Below are positions 61,798-64,000 of a DNA stretch of 64,000 bases, piece after piece. The stretch comes from the human T2T-CHM13v2.0 reference genome, Homo sapiens. The notes under the pieces are model-generated. The model was not told the origin of the DNA and made no database searches. It worked only from the letters and a program-made list of their open reading frames with translations. Position 1 is the stretch's first letter; each line of letters opens with the position of its first letter. Position numbers and translations under genes: made by a program. Location: contig CP086569.2 of the NCBI GenBank assembly GCA_009914755.4, positions 10,144,001 through 10,208,000 of the forward strand. The letters are read 5' to 3'.

Positions 61798-62403
61798 CTG
61801 ATTTAGGTCAAAGAGGCTTTACATGTGATGGAAGGAGAAGCTAGGAGCAACAGGGAAGAAGGCCTAAGAGCGCCCAGAGTCTGGGGTAGGGGATTTCTCA
61901 GAACTGCTTCCATGTATGACCTCCTTTTGCCTCCCCCTCCCCCTAAATTAAGGTCTTTTGGGCTTGCAGAGAGTGTCTAATTCTGAGGCTGACTGCACTG
62001 ACATGGGGAGGTGCGATTTGCAGAGAGTTGCTGGTGTCTGCGGAGTGGCAGAATCAGCTTATAGGCGAAGACGCCCAGTCCCAGATCTGACTAGCAAGGG
62101 GGAGTAATCACACTCCCTTAACAATACCTTCATTCACAGAAAAACGTATTCTGGTCTGAACTCACTTCTGCTCTTCAAATGATGCCCCAAACGTCTGCTG
62201 CTCGGCATCACCAAGGGTTTCTCTGCCGCATGCAGGAAAACAGTACCCACGCCTGCTCCGGCTTTCTACAGCCTCATTTGTCTGTGGTAACTCACCTTTG
62301 TTCTCCAAAGAGTCATATCGACGATGAGCTGCCCATCAGTTACTTACACTTCCCCAAGAGCACCTCTCAACTGGAAAGGCAGAAAAAACACTGAGAAGGA
62401 TAC

Positions 62404-62880
62404 AACATTGGCCCAGAAGCCAGGGACGCTCTGGATGACGGCGCCTCTGCGGCCTAGGTGGGGCTTGTGCCTCCATTCCATCTTTTCCCTCTGGCGAGAA
62501 AAGGCCTTCCTGGCTTGGGCATTAACCGGCTCCAGCTCCACCTGAACGGCCACCAGCTCCTCCAGGGCGGACTCTGGGGTTATGGGCCCAGGGCCAGGCT
62601 GTGGCTTCTGGGCCTCCTCCTGCCCCTCCACGAGGGCCTCCTCCTGGGCCACCACCTCCACCTCTGCCATTATGTCATCCAACAGCAGCACCGCCTCCTC
62701 CCCCAAAGCCGCCTGCTCACTCTCCACCCCGGCCGCCCCCTCCTGTACAGCCTCCATCCTGAAGGCGGTGCCCTCCTCGGCACTCGCACACACCAAGGCC
62801 TGTGCTGCCCGACCCACGCCACAGAAACCCTGCCGCAGCCTCTCTGGCACCCGGTAGGTCAGCGAGCCCTCAGGGCGCAT
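62404..62880 (-). CDS. TSPY: TSPY copy B(-) exon 1 coding part (159 codons; N-terminus plus start of the NAP domain)
   Basis: Exact [15 protein letters not shown] start. …[16 protein letters not shown] ends the exon, with the donor (gtatcc) at 62398-62403. Confidence 0.8.
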
Positions 62881-63801
62881 GCGCCGGGCTTCCAGGCGCC
62901 CCCTAAGGGACTGCGCGCGAAGAGCCGGGGGGCCGCACCCAGGCCGACTTCCTCCCGTCGTGGCCAATCAATGGGAGGGCGGTGGGCGTCTCCCTGGGCG
63001 GCACAGCCACTGGCGGGCCTGCATCTCCAGCCCCCCCACCCCCCGCCTTCCCTGCCCAAGCCTCCTCCGAGAAGCCCTTGGAGCTTGTGCCGGGTAGCTA
63101 GGCGTCCGGGCACACACGGGCTGCGTGGCCTTTGGAATTGTGGGCATGGCAGCCCTGTGCCCTGACATCCTCAGTGTGGCAAGCCATGAACATCTCTATG
63201 TGTCATGAACACAGGAAACATCTCTCTTCGTTAGGCAGGCCAGGTAGATGGTACGGAGGTAATACAGCAGATGCAGAGAACTCTCTCTGGTTGCTGGGGC
63301 TAGGGCGGCAGGGGTGTCCTGGGGGAAGTGATCGGGGCGGGCACGTGGGAGGAAAGTCGCCTGCCGGTGCTGAGGTGGAATTGATCTGCTGTAGAGGCCA
63401 GAGCCCCGGCACACACTCTCACAGGTCGAGGCAAATAGAGGCTCCGAGTACCATGCTTCCTCCCTGAGGATGCTGTACTCCAAGGAGCATTCCAAAGGGC
63501 CTCTTGTCCTATGCCCTGGGCACACCAGAGGCCAGCCGCCAGGGTTGGCCATTGTCGGCCTGCGCGCACGCTGTTGTGCGCTGCCTTGACGACCCAGAGG
63601 CTCCCGCACCCGCAGCAGCGGTTGCGGTGCCTGTTGGTGGGGCTCTGCAAGCCCAGGGCCGGGGCCTCTGGCTCCCGAGCTCCTGTGCGCAGTTGAGCCT
63701 GCTGGGGACCGGAGCCCTTTGGCCAGTGCGGGATCTGCGGGTCCAGCGGAGGTCCTCAGGAAACCTGGGTCCACGTAGGTGTGGGACCAGGTTCTCAGCA
63801 G
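62881..63801. promoter_or_regulatory. CpG-rich 921-bp spacer between the divergent exon 1s of B(-) and B(+). Presumed bidirectional TSPY promoter/5'UTR, homologous to 23490-24399
   Basis: …gcgccgggcttccaggcgccccctaagggactgcgcgcgaagagccggggggccgcacccaggccgacttcctcccgtcgtggccaatcaatgggagggcggtgggcg… It includes a gccaatca (CCAAT-like) motif at ~62962 and a dense run of CpGs. Confidence 0.45.
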
Positions 63802-63960
63802 GGCGACGCCCGTGGGTCTTCAGGGAGCGGGTCTGCTGGGGAGCGGGCCCCCAGAGCCTACGGGTGCGGGGCATGGGCTGGGCTGGGCTGGGCTGCGCAG
63901 GCCCAGGGTCTGTGGGAGCACCCAGGAGAAAACCGTGTTCAGGCTGGAGGCAATGCTGGA
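63802..63960 (+). pseudogene. Start of a plus-strand TSPY-like exon 1, copy B(+), head-to-head with B(-). It runs off the window end. The initiator position reads GTG, not ATG
   Basis: gtgggtcttcagggagcgggtctgctggggagcgggcccccagagcctacgggtgcgggg…accgtgttcaggctggaggcaatgctggagaggacggccggggtacagagcaaggaggcggccttggaa aligns with A(-) exon 1 (ATGGGCCTTCCGGGGAGCGGGCCTCCTGGGGAGCGGCCCCAGAGCCTAGTGGTGCCGGGG…). It translates to …[19 protein letters not shown]. Confidence 0.6.
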
Positions 63961-64000
63961 GAGGACGGCCGGGGTACAGAGCAAGGAGGCGGCCTTGGAA

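Larger units (their letters stand above)
61009..62967 (-). pseudogene. TSPY: TSPY gene copy B(-) (testis-specific protein Y-encoded; NAP/SET family) with introns retained: exon 1 62404-62880 (ORF open to 62967), exon 2 61720-61797, exon 3 61481-61591, exon 4 61239-61381, exon 5 ~61009-61131. Probable pseudogene: a 1-bp frameshift in exon 3 leads to TGA
   Basis: Minus-strand translation from ATG 62878-62880: [81 protein letters not shown]…[65 protein letters not shown]|gtatcc. Exon 2 ag|[26 protein letters not shown]|gtgagg. Exon 3 cag|MKEVKHPIHLCKIMLFFWSNPYF, then after an apparent 1-nt deletion QNKVITKEYLVNIT|gtgaga. Exon 4 tag|[48 protein letters not shown]|gcgagt (GC donor). Exon 5 ag|[32 protein letters not shown]…|gtaagg. 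Near-identical to human TSPY1 as recalled from memory, but not identical. Confidence 0.85.

Noticed and set aside
62458-63165. 235-aa plus-strand ORF, the longest in the window
   Set aside because: It is the antisense strand of TSPY B(-) exon 1 and its GC-rich 5' region. The proline/leucine/arginine-rich product has no support. The genuine coding frame is on the minus strand.

Overview
The window is primate genomic DNA (it carries Alu, L1PA-type LINE-1 and a THE1/MST MaLR LTR), not a prokaryotic locus. No operon, CRISPR array or defence system is present. About half of the window is interspersed repeats: at least 15 Alu copies or fragments, five L1 segments including one degenerate full-length 6.2 kb L1, one solo MaLR LTR and several dinucleotide microsatellites.

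The main non-repeat content is a degenerate cluster of TSPY (testis-specific protein Y-encoded, NAP/SET family) gene copies that keep their introns. They lie in two inverted blocks:
- Block A (20690-25516): a head-to-head pair, with a complete but degenerate minus-strand pseudogene (exons 1-5 recognisable) and a plus-strand copy cut off inside exon 2. Their start codons are 910 bp apart across a CpG-rich spacer.
- Block B (55100-63960): a 5'-truncated plus-strand fragment covering exons 2-5 (55100-56450), then a nearly complete minus-strand copy (61009-62880) whose exon 1 begins [15 protein letters not shown] and which has recognisable splice sites but a 1-bp frameshift in exon 3. This copy is again head-to-head with the first 150 bp of a plus-strand exon 1 that runs off the window; its start codon is GTG instead of ATG.

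Blocks A and B are about 85-90% identical in inverted orientation. This looks like a Y-chromosome-like ampliconic, palindromic TSPY pseudogene region, but the chromosome cannot be proven from sequence alone.

The least explained feature is a roughly 5.3 kb tandem array (core 7360-12690, degenerate from about 6480) of about 160 units of 33 bp. The array keeps an 11-codon frame on the plus strand (consensus about x-x-W-T-Q-x-E-x-x-x-V) over long stretches, yet is riddled with stop codons and reads open on both strands. It is an uncharacterised minisatellite-like or pseudogenised repeat-protein array. I could not assign it to any known satellite or gene family.
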